A stretch of 56,392 nt of DNA. Source: Bdellovibrionota bacterium (lineage in GTDB: Bacteria; Bdellovibrionota_C; UBA2361; CAKMMH01). How positions within the stretch are numbered: the stretch's first letter is position 1; the number at the start of each line of letters is the position of its first letter. Shown here piece by piece: positions 39,164 to 49,436 of the stretch. Where the stretch lies: positions 1-56,392 of the forward strand of contig JBMNLI010000016.1 in NCBI GenBank assembly GCA_050952645.1. The letters run 5' to 3'. The notes beneath the pieces were generated by a model. It did no database searches. It saw only the letters and a list, made by a program, of their open reading frames with translations, and was not told the origin of the DNA. Both the position numbers and the translations under genes were made by a program.

Positions 39164-41890
39164 CTACCTATTCCCCCTTATATTATATAAAATTGTCCAA
39201 AGTGAAATCCTTAGTTTTGAACGATTTTCGCTAATCGTGTCGACTAAAAATCCATATAACTCTTTAATATCTTCATCACTAAGCTCTACATCACCAATTT
39301 TTCTTTTTACATTTCTAGTGCATTGGTATGCTAAATGAGATTTCCATCTCATACATTCGCACGATTTAATATCACACCTATCTTCACTCATAAGCTTCTT
39401 TTCATCTTCACTCATTCTAATATAATTATTTAAACTATATAAAAATGAAGTCGATATGCGACCTTCATTATATAATTCACACACTTTATCATTAAACTTA
39501 TCTAGTGCTTTTAAATCTTTTTTATTAAAAGAAACAGTTTCATTAAAAACCGTTAAAGCATTTTTCCCTGTATTGTCTTTTGATTGATTTAATGCTTCTT
39601 CTACATTGTATCTCATCATAGGAACTGGGATATTATCTTTACATATAAAAATACCTGCAGAAAAATGTAAGAAAGTGTTGTTTCCAACATAGCTTTTAAA
39701 TTTTTCGCTTAAGTCTCTAGCTAAATCTATAATTACATTCCAAGGACCTATTAAAAATAAATCATCACCACCACCAAACACCGTATAAACGGCTTTGTAA
39801 AGCTCTTTATCTTTACTATCACCGCCATTTTGTAAATAATACGGCAGATAATATGCAAAAAAGAAATTCAACTGCCTGCTTAAAGTTGCCATACGTGAAA
39901 CCGTATATCTATCATCTTTTAACCCACACGCCATTATCGCACCTAAATCATCAACGTCAGCCTTTAAAACTCCAAGTGCATTTATAGGACCATCATCATT
40001 TTCTTTTTTAATTTTTATTCCTGTTGCTTCATACAAATTCGCTTCTTCTGCAATCGCTTCAAATGTTCGAACATCTTCTTCATCAATTGGTTTATATTTA
40101 GGCACATAACCGCTTATAAATTTCTTTGCAACAAAAACCTTATTTGTATCTTGCGCACTACTAGCAACGCTTTTAGTATCAGCATCTTCATAAATACCAT
40201 AATCCCAAACCTTATATAAAAAATCACACTTTAATAAATCTTTAATAACCTGCTCAATATTTACGGTACAAATAGCAAAGTCTTCAAAAACATCTATTAA
40301 GCTTACTTGTTTTTTTGAGCTTTCACGTAATCTTTCACCGTAATCTTCTCTATATCCTTTATTTACAACTACTAAATATCTATTTTTAACGAATTCTTTA
40401 CCAAAACTTTCAAAGTCTTTACAAATCTTACACTTCCCATCTGCTTTTATAGGTCTTTTACCACAATAACTACAAACATTTTGAGCATTTTCAAATTTAT
40501 CTAAATAATCTGTAAATACTCCAAAATCTTCACGCTCAAATTTCTGATTTTTCTCTTTATCCATTTCTTTATGCAATCTATTATTTAATATTCTATAAGA
40601 ACCAGATTCTGCAAAATCATTTGAGCTAGCTTCTACAAAAGTTAAACCAAAATAACATTCACCATAAAAATTTTCTTTAAGCCAATCGTTTATTTCTTTT
40701 CTTATAGCTTTAACTTTTTCCTTAGCCTCGTCAATATTCGGTGCTAAAATCTTAAAGTTAGCCCCAGCATTAAAGATAACGCTCGTATGTGGCAAACCTA
40801 ATTCACTGCAAATCTTACTAGCAGCAAGTTCTGCATAAATACTTACCATAACTGAGCGAGCTCTTAAAATCTTTGATGCATTCTTATTACTTTCGCCTGA
40901 AAAATCACCAAAAATAAAATTTTGAATTCCGAAAAAATCACCAGCAATCAAAATAAACTTATTCTTCTCTCTCTCTTGCTTACTACTTAAATCTACCTTT
41001 CCTAAATCTTTAAATGGGTCTTTCTCAGTTTCAGATTTTTTATGATATAGATATAATGCGGTAGAAAAAGCAGAGGTTGCTAAACTATGATCGTATAGCG
41101 AAGTGTCTTTTAAATTTCCACGTGCTCTTGCTTCAGGGATATTGCATGCATACTTTAGCCATAAACTATCAAACGCCTCAAACCATAATCTTTCAGCCCC
41201 CTCTCCCTTTACACAATTCGATTTCTCTCTTACTTCTTTTTTAAAATCTTCTAATAACTTTTCATAATCTGAAATCGCTTGATCTTTTTCAATTTTATCT
41301 AAGACTTGCGGAAAGATACTCTTAGGCGTCATTTTATTTAACTCAAACTTGTATTTATCATCGCTGTTTGAATCGATATTATTTTCTTTATTAATTTCTC
41401 CATTATTTTTTTCAACATTTTTTAATTCAACTTCCGATAATACAGAAATAAGTCTAGTGCTTAAATAATCTTTTGGATAAACGTAATCTTCAGAGTTGAC
41501 TCTTTCTCTTTTACTTGATAAGCAATCTGCCTCTTTAATAATATTTACATACGGCGTTAAAAAAGTATCAATTCCATTATTATTATTTAAATGATGTCTT
41601 GCAGACATATAAACTAACGGTTCGCCATCACCCCAATCTTTACTCGTTAAAAACTTTGGGAATCCAAAATTCTCATCTTCTATCGCTAAGCAAGTATATA
41701 GTGCATGTTTGTGGGTATAATTTCCATTTTTATTAGGTAAGATATGCGTTTCAGAAGCTTTATATTTTTCATCATAGTCATTTCTTGTCTTTTCATCAAT
41801 TTCTACAAGCTTTCCTAAGTCATGCATAAATCCTGCAATCGCTACTTTTAATGTTGTTTTATCTAGCTCTATATTTTTCATACGCTCCAT
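39164..41890 (-). CDS. cas10: Type III-A Cas10/Csm1 with HD nuclease and cyclase palm
   Basis: MHDLGK HD motif, SLYDH, CSYC..CKIC, LKADVDDLG, GGGDDLF (GGDD intact). Confidence 0.97.
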   Translation of the reverse strand: MERMKNIELDKTTLKVAIAGFMHDLGKLVEIDEKTRNDYDEKYKASETHILPNKNGNYTHKHALYTCLAIEDENFGFPKFLTSKDWGDGEPLVYMSARHHLNNNNGIDTFLTPYVNIIKEADCLSSKRERVNSEDYVYPKDYLSTRLISVLSEVELKNVEKNNGEINKENNIDSNSDDKYKFELNKMTPKSIFPQVLDKIEKDQAISDYEKLLEDFKKEVREKSNCVKGEGAERLWFEAFDSLWLKYACNIPEARARGNLKDTSLYDHSLATSAFSTALYLYHKKSETEKDPFKDLGKVDLSSKQEREKNKFILIAGDFFGIQNFIFGDFSGESNKNASKILRARSVMVSIYAELAASKICSELGLPHTSVIFNAGANFKILAPNIDEAKEKVKAIRKEINDWLKENFYGECYFGLTFVEASSNDFAESGSYRILNNRLHKEMDKEKNQKFEREDFGVFTDYLDKFENAQNVCSYCGKRPIKADGKCKICKDFESFGKEFVKNRYLVVVNKGYREDYGERLRESSKKQVSLIDVFEDFAICTVNIEQVIKDLLKCDFLYKVWDYGIYEDADTKSVASSAQDTNKVFVAKKFISGYVPKYKPIDEEDVRTFEAIAEEANLYEATGIKIKKENDDGPINALGVLKADVDDLGAIMACGLKDDRYTVSRMATLSRQLNFFFAYYLPYYLQNGGDSKDKELYKAVYTVFGGGDDLFLIGPWNVIIDLARDLSEKFKSYVGNNTFLHFSAGIFICKDNIPVPMMRYNVEEALNQSKDNTGKNALTVFNETVSFNKKDLKALDKFNDKVCELYNEGRISTSFLYSLNNYIRMSEDEKKLMSEDRCDIKSCECMRWKSHLAYQCTRNVKRKIGDVELSDEDIKELYGFLVDTISENRSKLRISLWTILYNIRGNR

Positions 41891-41926
41891 TATAAAAAAT
41901 TTTTTAACTTTTTAACAGCCTTTTAA

Positions 41927-41957
41927 AAAATATCAACGTTGACACTTTTTATTGCAA
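41927..41957 (-). promoter_or_regulatory. Putative cas10-operon promoter with internal palindrome
   Basis: Minus strand TTGCAA-N19-TATTTT; palindrome TCAACGTTGA at 41933-41942. Confidence 0.4.
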
Positions 41958-41979
41958 ACTTTTTCTTTAAAATTACTAC

Positions 41980-43068
41980 TTAACCCTCTAATATTTCAAA
42001 CAAATTCTTTGACAAACTTATTCCACATTTAGTATCTTTACCCTTACTAACACTACTTATACATATTTGATTAACCGTTGAAAATTCAAAATGTTCTAAA
42101 AATTTCTTTTTAATTTTACTTTTATATGAATTAAAATTTTCTTTAGAAATATCTTTAATTCCAGTAGTTGATAAATTATATTTTTTATTTGAGATTTTAT
42201 CATAAGTTTTTGATGCATTTTTACAAAAATCATTTAAACTTTCAGACCTATTTAAATAGCAATCAAAACAGTTTTCGCATTCTTTATTTTTACAATTAAA
42301 TTTTATTTTCTTATACACAAAATATAAATAAAATGCAAAAAGCGATGATTGAAGTCTGCAAGATATATCACCTATGCTTATCGTTTGATCTGGAATATTT
42401 ATAATGACTTTTTGTTTTTTATAATCATTAGTATTATTTACTAGCTCATTAACTGGCAAATTTAAAATCGTAGCTAAATTAAGATTAGATGAAAGTTTTA
42501 CATAAGGCATCTTTATTAAAGAAAAATGCTCTTCTTTATCTTTAGAAACTATATCTTGCAAGTATTTAGGAAGACTTTTTATTTTATCTTTAGGCAATTT
42601 TCCTGACGGACTTAATGTGTAAATCGTATCTTGTTCTCTTCCGAACAACTGTGCGGATAATGAAAGACAAGAACTCATACCTTTCATTCCACCTGTAATT
42701 AAAAATGATATTCTAGAATTTTTATTTAAATATTTTTTCGTAATTTCAAAACATTCTTTTAAAAATAGCTTATTATCATCTTCCGTTAAAATAGTTTCTA
42801 TGGGCTTTCCTTTTTTATTTTTAGGAACGATTAGACACTTATTATCGAAATCAAAATCTAGCTTGTATTCTTTTTTAAATTTTTCTAATGCACCATTTTT
42901 TAATAAATTATTTACGAATACTTCTTTTCCTTTATTCGTAGTTATTATATACACTTTATTTATTTTAACCGTCTTATCTATTACAAAAGACTTTAGTGCA
43001 GATAACAGGACTTTATATTCTAGCCCAATAGTTGCAATTAATATGTTTTCCATAAAAAAACACCTCAA
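41980..43068 (-). CDS. NE0113/Csx14-family CARF protein with Cys-rich, putative DNA-binding C-terminal domain
   Basis: ILIATIG, IITTNKG, ITGGMKGMS..LSAQLFGREQD CARF motifs; CKNKECENCFDC; FNSYKSKIKK helix. Confidence 0.8.
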   Translation of the reverse strand: MRCFFMENILIATIGLEYKVLLSALKSFVIDKTVKINKVYIITTNKGKEVFVNNLLKNGALEKFKKEYKLDFDFDNKCLIVPKNKKGKPIETILTEDDNKLFLKECFEITKKYLNKNSRISFLITGGMKGMSSCLSLSAQLFGREQDTIYTLSPSGKLPKDKIKSLPKYLQDIVSKDKEEHFSLIKMPYVKLSSNLNLATILNLPVNELVNNTNDYKKQKVIINIPDQTISIGDISCRLQSSLFAFYLYFVYKKIKFNCKNKECENCFDCYLNRSESLNDFCKNASKTYDKISNKKYNLSTTGIKDISKENFNSYKSKIKKKFLEHFEFSTVNQICISSVSKGKDTKCGISLSKNLFEILEG

Positions 43069-43095
43069 CTTTAATAAAAAAGCAACTCTTTAAAA

Positions 43096-44139
43096 CTAAG
43101 ATATAACTTCTATTTTTCCTAGTCCAAATGAGGTTTGCTTTCCTAAATGTATAATTTTTGCTACTTCAAGAAGTGGCATAAAAATTTCTAAATCTCCCTT
43201 ATACTTTATTTCTCCTAGAAGCCCACCTAGGAACATCGAGCGTTCTTGTCTTAATGAATATCTTTTTCTATCTTCCCAGTAAGTATTATCTTCTATTATC
43301 TCTACTGCCTCCGCCTCTTTAAGGAGCGTTTCAGTGTCGATTAACGAAACTTCGCTTCCGTACATTTTAAATAAAGTATCTATTCGCCTTAGTATAACTA
43401 TAATAAGCGTTTTGAAACTTAATTTATTGTTTAAAAAACTTTTTTGTTTAAATCTTAGTGGAGTTTCTAAAATTACATTTATTATATTAGTTTTATTGTT
43501 TAAAAATTTTTCGAAAAACTCTTTATCGATAACGATAAGCTCATCTTTTACGATTCCATTATTTATTTCTTTACTTATCTCTGAATATACCTGTTTTTGA
43601 TTTATTAAAACTTGAGAAAGAGTAAAGGAAGTTCTTTTCCCATCTCTATCTTTTTTTCCGAAACCAATCTTACCCATTTCTATAATAGCATAAATAAAGT
43701 ATGAAATATTAAATATATATTCACCAAAAAGAATTAAATTAAATATAAAATAATCTCCTTTTTGGAATCTAGTTCTTTCATTATCTAAAGTGTCAATTAT
43801 ATATGGAGGCGATGAGGAATATATTCCTTGTTTTTTTAATTCTTCGTCATCTCGTTCAAAAATTTTTGCATATAAACAATTTTTTTTTATTAAACACCCT
43901 TCGCAATCTTTATCTTCTAAGCCACAAGAGATTCTTTGAAGTGCACGACCAAAAACTCCCCTAAATGTAGAGCCTTTAAACTTTGGCAAAATACAATCTC
44001 TATCGAACTTACATTTAAAAGTAAACTTAGCTACATTTAGAGATTGGGCTATATTTCCATAAATATTTTTACTAGTTTCTTTACTTGTATCTAAACTTAT
44101 ATTTTCTTTCATAAATTTATCATATTTTATATTGTTCAT
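43096..44139 (-). CDS. cas6: CRISPR RNA-processing endoribonuclease Cas6
   Basis: FKGSTFRGVFG, Cys cluster, RYSLRQ, HLGKQTSFGLGK G-loop. Confidence 0.93.
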   Translation of the reverse strand: MNNIKYDKFMKENISLDTSKETSKNIYGNIAQSLNVAKFTFKCKFDRDCILPKFKGSTFRGVFGRALQRISCGLEDKDCEGCLIKKNCLYAKIFERDDEELKKQGIYSSSPPYIIDTLDNERTRFQKGDYFIFNLILFGEYIFNISYFIYAIIEMGKIGFGKKDRDGKRTSFTLSQVLINQKQVYSEISKEINNGIVKDELIVIDKEFFEKFLNNKTNIINVILETPLRFKQKSFLNNKLSFKTLIIVILRRIDTLFKMYGSEVSLIDTETLLKEAEAVEIIEDNTYWEDRKRYSLRQERSMFLGGLLGEIKYKGDLEIFMPLLEVAKIIHLGKQTSFGLGKIEVIS

Positions 44140-44521
44140 ATTTTCTAAACATTACGTGTTTGAAAATGCGACTAATTTTTATTTCACCAGTTTCTAGAGT
44201 TTCCTCTATAGCTTCTCTTTTCGTTGTAGCATAGATGGGAATTAGTCCTAATTTAAAAGCACATTCAACCATATAAAAAGTAGCCCCGAAATCTCCTTGG
44301 ACGAGTAAAAAATCCTTCTCTTTTCCTATATTTTTTAGCCAACTAATTATAGGGGACAAGTAATTTTTTAATGATATTACATTTGCAGGAACTTCTCCCC
44401 AAGCTTTTTGAATTTCACTATTAGGATAAATAAAGTTATCTACTAGCAGATGTTCTTTAGCATCGAGTTCTTGCTCTAAAGTTAAGTGATGATTAAATAA
44501 AGTTATAAAAGATCTTTTCAC
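44120..44521 (-). CDS. csx20: CRISPR-associated protein Csx20 (putative cOA ring nuclease)
   Basis: LFNHHLTLEQ, LVQGDFGATFYMV, PIYATTKR, FKHVMFRKY match the Csx20 pattern; downstream of the CARF effector. Confidence 0.85.
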   Translation of the reverse strand: MKRSFITLFNHHLTLEQELDAKEHLLVDNFIYPNSEIQKAWGEVPANVISLKNYLSPIISWLKNIGKEKDFLLVQGDFGATFYMVECAFKLGLIPIYATTKREAIEETLETGEIKISRIFKHVMFRKYEQYKI

Positions 44522-45999
44522 TACTTTTCTAACTCCATTATCTCATAACGTATTTTTTCAAATATTAAATTGTATAAAGTAAAAATATCATCATCTTTAC
44601 TTTGTTTTATATTTTCAGTGCCATAATTTTCATTTATAAATTTATAGATACCACTTCCTAACGAACCTGTAATATTTTCACTATCTTTAGCATGATTTAT
44701 ATGATTTCTTATTTGACCTAAAAAAGAATATAGCTTACATATGTTTATATGAGAAGTAGCAAAATCTTGTCTTAATTTTTCACATTCAAATATTCCATTT
44801 TTATTTAAATCTGAATTTTCGAAATCTTCATTTTTAGAAGCAATACTTAAAACTCCAGAAATAACACCTCTTTTTATTTTTTGTTTACGGCTTTTACTCT
44901 TAGTCGTTTCTTTTAGATTTTTAACTATTTCATCTAGTTTTTTACTATATTTATTTACAAAATAAGTAATTAAGACTTCATATAATATGGTAATAGATGA
45001 TTGGTATAAATCGTGTTCTTTACACCATTTTACTAATTCTAAATAACTTTCTATATTATCATCAATAATATTTACAAATTCTTTTTCTATTTGATAAATC
45101 GTATCTAAAATTACTATAGACTGTGGGTTTTCATTACTTACATTTTCTAAAACTTTAGAATTTTCAGTTCTATATTCATTTATTTTTGCTTTTATTTCTA
45201 ATACGTTCTTTATCGCATCGCTAACATTTGAAAGAGCAACGGCTTTTGAGAAATTGTCTATAGTTTTTTTTATATCTTTTAAAAAACTTTTAAATTTAAT
45301 TTTATTATTTAAAGCCGCATCTTTTGTATTCGTTTTACTATCAGAAGGTAGTTCATCTATAGTATATTCTAAATCTAGTAATTCTATTAATTTTTTAGCA
45401 TTTCCAGATTGTTTAAAAGTATTTAGTGCTATAGACCAATCGAACCAATGGTCAAGGAGAGATAGTTCATAAATAGGTGCTGTTTTCATAGGTGCTGTTT
45501 TTGTTTTCTCTTCTCCTGCTTCAAATGCGCCGTAATTTATATGTTTTATAGATATATTTTTTTGAATTCTTGCAAAATTTAGAAGGTATGATGAAAGCAT
45601 TGGGATATATCTAAATGCGTGAGTAATATCTAAGTATAACTCATCATTATCTTTTATTTCATTATTTACGGTATTAAAAATCTCCCATAGTTCATTTTGT
45701 GTTTGTCCGCTTTTAATAAGGATATAATCTATATCGTTTTTATACTTTTCTAAACGCTTTTGAATTTTATCGAAGTTTGATTCTTCTATTTTCTTTGTTT
45801 CTTTATTTTCTCTAGGCTTAGTCGTTTCTATGGTGTAGAAAATTTTTATTCTATGTTCGCTATTTTTCCATTCTTTTCGTTTATAATATTTTATTAGTGC
45901 TTCTTGAATAAAATCTGTTTCGCATTCAAAGTTATCTAATTTGTATATACATTCTTTATAGTCCCCAATTCCTAGAAATGAAATAAAGAGTTTTCTCAT
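44521..45999 (-). CDS. csx1: Csx1-like CARF-HEPN effector (TM1812/TIGR02221 family)
   Basis: FISFLG...Y, LDITHAFRYIP, YGAFEA, W...F...G CARF motifs; C-terminal RNHINH (RxxxxH) HEPN motif. Confidence 0.85.
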   Translation of the reverse strand: MRKLFISFLGIGDYKECIYKLDNFECETDFIQEALIKYYKRKEWKNSEHRIKIFYTIETTKPRENKETKKIEESNFDKIQKRLEKYKNDIDYILIKSGQTQNELWEIFNTVNNEIKDNDELYLDITHAFRYIPMLSSYLLNFARIQKNISIKHINYGAFEAGEEKTKTAPMKTAPIYELSLLDHWFDWSIALNTFKQSGNAKKLIELLDLEYTIDELPSDSKTNTKDAALNNKIKFKSFLKDIKKTIDNFSKAVALSNVSDAIKNVLEIKAKINEYRTENSKVLENVSNENPQSIVILDTIYQIEKEFVNIIDDNIESYLELVKWCKEHDLYQSSITILYEVLITYFVNKYSKKLDEIVKNLKETTKSKSRKQKIKRGVISGVLSIASKNEDFENSDLNKNGIFECEKLRQDFATSHINICKLYSFLGQIRNHINHAKDSENITGSLGSGIYKFINENYGTENIKQSKDDDIFTLYNLIFEKIRYEIMELEK

Positions 46000-46010
46000 A
46001 GCGCAGGTTC

Positions 46011-46121
46011 TCCTTTTAAAAAATAAATGTTTATTACACTTTCTAATTCTTTATAGAAAATACCATTTTTTAGAACCACTTTGCAAGCCATGACACAAAC
46101 TAGCCACGTTGCTAGTTTTTT
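46011..46121 (-). repeat. Direct repeat copy 1 (hairpin + promoter + 5' UTR) upstream of csx1
   Basis: Near-identical to 55265-55371, including TTTATAGAAAATACCATTTTTTAGAACCACTTTGCAAGCC. Confidence 0.92.
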
Positions 46122-46186
46122 ATCTCATTTTTTCCTTATTTTCTGCCTTATTTCTAATGGCTAAAGGCAGTAAATTAAATATAGGC

Positions 46187-47240
46187 ATTGAATATTGCAC
46201 CCCGCGTGGAGTGCGACGTTTGTCTGGCTCGCTAGACTCTACATTTCGCTAATTTCAACTCACGCACCCGCACGGGGTGCGACTTTTAGTTTTCGATAAT
46301 GATATAATGGGGTGGCGTGAATTTCAACTCACGCACCCGCACGGGGTGCGACAAGCTCTTGAAGAGAAAACAAGATTCTTAGTGGCTTCAATTTCAACTC
46401 ACGCACCCGCACGGGGTGCGACACTTAATGACGATGAAATCAATTCCGATGTGGGTATTTCAACTCACGCACCCGCACGGGGTGCGACTGATTTGGAAGG
46501 TTATCTAGACCTTGCATTATTTATTTCAACTCACGCACCCGCACGGGGTGCGACTTTTATCTATTATCATATTACTTATACTCTAAACATTTCAACTCAC
46601 GCACCCGCGCGGGGTGCGACATTTTATTCATTGATTTTAGAACGAACCAAATACACGCATTTCAACTCACGCACCCGCGCGGGGTGCGACAGCTGCTGTT
46701 GACGCTCCTGGTCGTTAGTTTTGTTCCAGCAGTTAATTTCAACTCACGCACCCGCGCGGGGTGCGACATCAGTTAGTGTTGTTGTTACGAACTGATAAGC
46801 AGATTTCAACTCACGCACCCGCGCGGGGTGCGACGGTTTTTATAAATATGAATGTGTAAAAGATTATGATTTCAACTCACGCACCCGCGCGGGGTGCGAC
46901 GTCTTGCTTATTTTGATATAACAGATGCACAGAATTTCAACTCACGCACCCGCGCGGGGTGCGACAATTTAACAGGGAAATTTATTTTAGCTTGTCCAAA
47001 TTTCAACTCACGCACCCGCGCGGGGTGCGACCATCAAGACATCCAGGGGTGCGGTGTGATTTCAACTCACGCACCGCGCGGGGTGCGACTACGGTACACC
47101 ATCCCAGGCGAATTTCAACTCACGCACCCGCGCGGGGTGCGACTGGCCTGATCGGGCTTGATTTCAACTCACGCACCCGCGCGGGGTGCGACCCGCATTG
47201 CCCATGAAATTTCAACTCACGCACCCGCGCGGGGTGCGAC
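46187..47240 (-). CRISPR. Type I-C CRISPR array; 32-bp repeat, 16 repeats plus one degenerate trailer repeat, 16 spacers
   Basis: Transcribed repeat GTCGCACCCCGCGCGGGTGCGTGAGTTGAAAT; the five oldest full repeats carry a single-base variant; degenerate repeat at ~46187-46217. Confidence 0.97.
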
Positions 47241-47439
47241 CACAATATATTGAATATTTCAATATACTATAGACAATATATTGTGCTTTGCAGGAAAACA
47301 CAACTTACTATTAAAAAAAATATCTAATGATTTTGAACGGAAATTAGGCGAACCTACTAAATATTTAACATCACATTAGGTTCGCATAGAAGTAATACTC
47401 AATCTTTTTTAAATTTATCAACCTACATTATAACAATTT
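47241..47439 (-). promoter_or_regulatory. Leader of the type I-C array
   Basis: AT-rich; inverted repeats CACAATATATTG/CAATATATTGTG (47241-47285) and GCGAACCTA/TAGGTTCGC (47348-47385). Confidence 0.8.
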
Positions 47440-47730
47440 TTACACTATCAAAACACCCTCAGAATCATACGTTTGTTTTGCACCAATATGCTCTATTCTT
47501 CGTTGCCAGTTATTCCCCAAATAATAAAATCTTAAACTATCTTTCTCCTTATCTATTATTTTTATTAAATCATCTTTTAATTTTAAAAATTTTGAATAAT
47601 CCAAATTCGCTTCAAATACTGAGTTTTGCACCCTTTGAGCATGATTTTGACATTTTTTAGCTACTCGCCTTAATCTTTTTCTACCATCGGCATCAACAGT
47701 AGAAACATCATAACTTATCAATACCATCAT
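47440..47730 (-). CDS. cas2: Cas2 (type I-C)
   Basis: MMVLISYDV...GRKRLRRVAKKC, RVQNSVFE, DSLRFYYLG. Confidence 0.97.
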   Translation of the reverse strand: MMVLISYDVSTVDADGRKRLRRVAKKCQNHAQRVQNSVFEANLDYSKFLKLKDDLIKIIDKEKDSLRFYYLGNNWQRRIEHIGAKQTYDSEGVLIV

Positions 47731-47763
47731 TTTACTATATCTCCTATCACTTTACAATCACTC

Positions 47764-48789
47764 TTACTGCGACACTAATAATGACGGATACTCCTCAATA
47801 TCCCCTCTTATATATTTTGCTAATAAACTACACTGAACATACGGCAACAATCCAAATGGAATTTTTTCCTTTATATAAGGATGCATAAAATCACTCCTCT
47901 TCTTTTCTTGCCACTTAGTTATAACCTTTTTTCTACCATCATCATTTAACCACACAGCTCCAGAAATCTGCTTTTCAAAATCATTTATATTCAATATTTT
48001 TAAATTAAATAATGTAATAACTAGCCTTTCAATTATACACCTAGTCTCTTCTACTAAATCACACGCAAGCGACACCCTACCACTTCTTAAAGTATGATAA
48101 TATCCAATATAACTATCTAAACCAACGGTTTCTAATGCAGAAGCATAATCTAAGGTAAGCATAGTATATAAAAATGATAACGTAGCATTAATCGGGTCTA
48201 ATGGCGGACGCTTTTCTCTTTGAACAAATTTAAAATCATCACTAGTCGAAGTAAATAGCTTATTAAAAATCTCAAAATAACTTTTTGCACAACTCCCTTC
48301 AATGCCTAATATGCTTTCAACACTATTTGCTTTATATAAACTGTCTATCCCCTTTGTTAGCTGATCTAAGGTTTTTAATATGTCTTCATCAGCTCTTAAA
48401 CTTTCATTGTCGTGTAGCGTTCTTTTAATAAGCTGCTTAGTATTACTCAACTTCGCAGCTATAGTATTTTGCGTTAATAATAAATTGTTTCTCTTAAAAC
48501 ATTCAATTTGCGAAACTCTTAAAAATACATTCCCTTTGGTTTCACCACAAACTTTTGCTAAAAACCTACCACTTGGAGATACAAAATTTAACGCGATTAC
48601 TTTTTCTACACATTTTCCCATTAATTTAGGAGAACAGCCTAAATAATTAAAACAAACTATATTTTCAATATTATCAAATGGAATCCTAAGCTTTATCTTA
48701 TCCTCTACTTTACAAACTAGATTTTCACCATCAAGAGATAAATAAGCCAACTCATCCGTAACATACACCGTATTTAAAAGTTTTCTCAT
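47764..48789 (-). CDS. cas1: Cas1 (type I-C)
   Basis: MRKLLNTVYVT, LGIEG, RPPLDPINA, SLACDLVEE. Confidence 0.97.
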   Translation of the reverse strand: MRKLLNTVYVTDELAYLSLDGENLVCKVEDKIKLRIPFDNIENIVCFNYLGCSPKLMGKCVEKVIALNFVSPSGRFLAKVCGETKGNVFLRVSQIECFKRNNLLLTQNTIAAKLSNTKQLIKRTLHDNESLRADEDILKTLDQLTKGIDSLYKANSVESILGIEGSCAKSYFEIFNKLFTSTSDDFKFVQREKRPPLDPINATLSFLYTMLTLDYASALETVGLDSYIGYYHTLRSGRVSLACDLVEETRCIIERLVITLFNLKILNINDFEKQISGAVWLNDDGRKKVITKWQEKKRSDFMHPYIKEKIPFGLLPYVQCSLLAKYIRGDIEEYPSLLVSQ

Positions 48790-48794
48790 GCATA

Positions 48795-49436
48795 CTAATC
48801 TAATAAATTAATTCTATCTTTTACCTTAACTGCTTTATGCTTCTTAGGCATACATACATCCTTAAAAGAACAGCCAGAACATTTTTGACCTTTAACAATT
48901 TGAGGAATTGTTCCATTAGTCATGCATTCTCTCATGTTAATTAAAAGTTCTTTTAATTTATTATTATATTCGTCATAAGTTTCCGCAAAATTTAGACTTT
49001 GACGCTTTTTTTTATCTGCATAATAAATTACTGCATCACAATTTGTCTTAAACAAATAATCAACACATATCTTTTGTGCGAAACCTTGCATTGCATTTTC
49101 AAAATTAAATGGCTTATTTTTAGGTGCTGTCGGCTTGTATTCTACTATACAAAACCTTAACTCATTAGAACTTTTAGGATTTAAAGTTTCTTCTATGCAG
49201 TCCGTTACTCCATATAAATTATATTCAGGTAAATCATTATAAACTGAAACAGACGTCCAAACTTTTTTTCCTCTTATTGAATAATCATTATTTTGACCAT
49301 GAACTCTCTCATGCATTAACTGCGATTTAGTTACGAAATAATTTTCCTCCCAGATGCGACCTATTTCAATTAAGCCCCATCTGTGAGGACAATATAAATA
49401 ATGCTGAACTTGCCTAATGCTAATTACTTGACTCAT
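48795..49436 (-). CDS. cas4: Cas4 exonuclease
   Basis: HYLYCPHRW, D-x-E..VEYK, CSGCSFKDVC Fe-S cysteines. Confidence 0.95.
   Translation of the reverse strand: MSQVISIRQVQHYLYCPHRWGLIEIGRIWEENYFVTKSQLMHERVHGQNNDYSIRGKKVWTSVSVYNDLPEYNLYGVTDCIEETLNPKSSNELRFCIVEYKPTAPKNKPFNFENAMQGFAQKICVDYLFKTNCDAVIYYADKKKRQSLNFAETYDEYNNKLKELLINMRECMTNGTIPQIVKGQKCSGCSFKDVCMPKKHKAVKVKDRINLLD

Noticed and set aside
46691..46802. Two I-C spacers with short terminal inverted repeats
   Set aside because: 6-7 bp stems can arise by chance; no further support.
46277..47207. ORFs with ISTHAPARGAT / FQLTHPRGVR repeats
   Set aside because: Translations of the I-C repeat.
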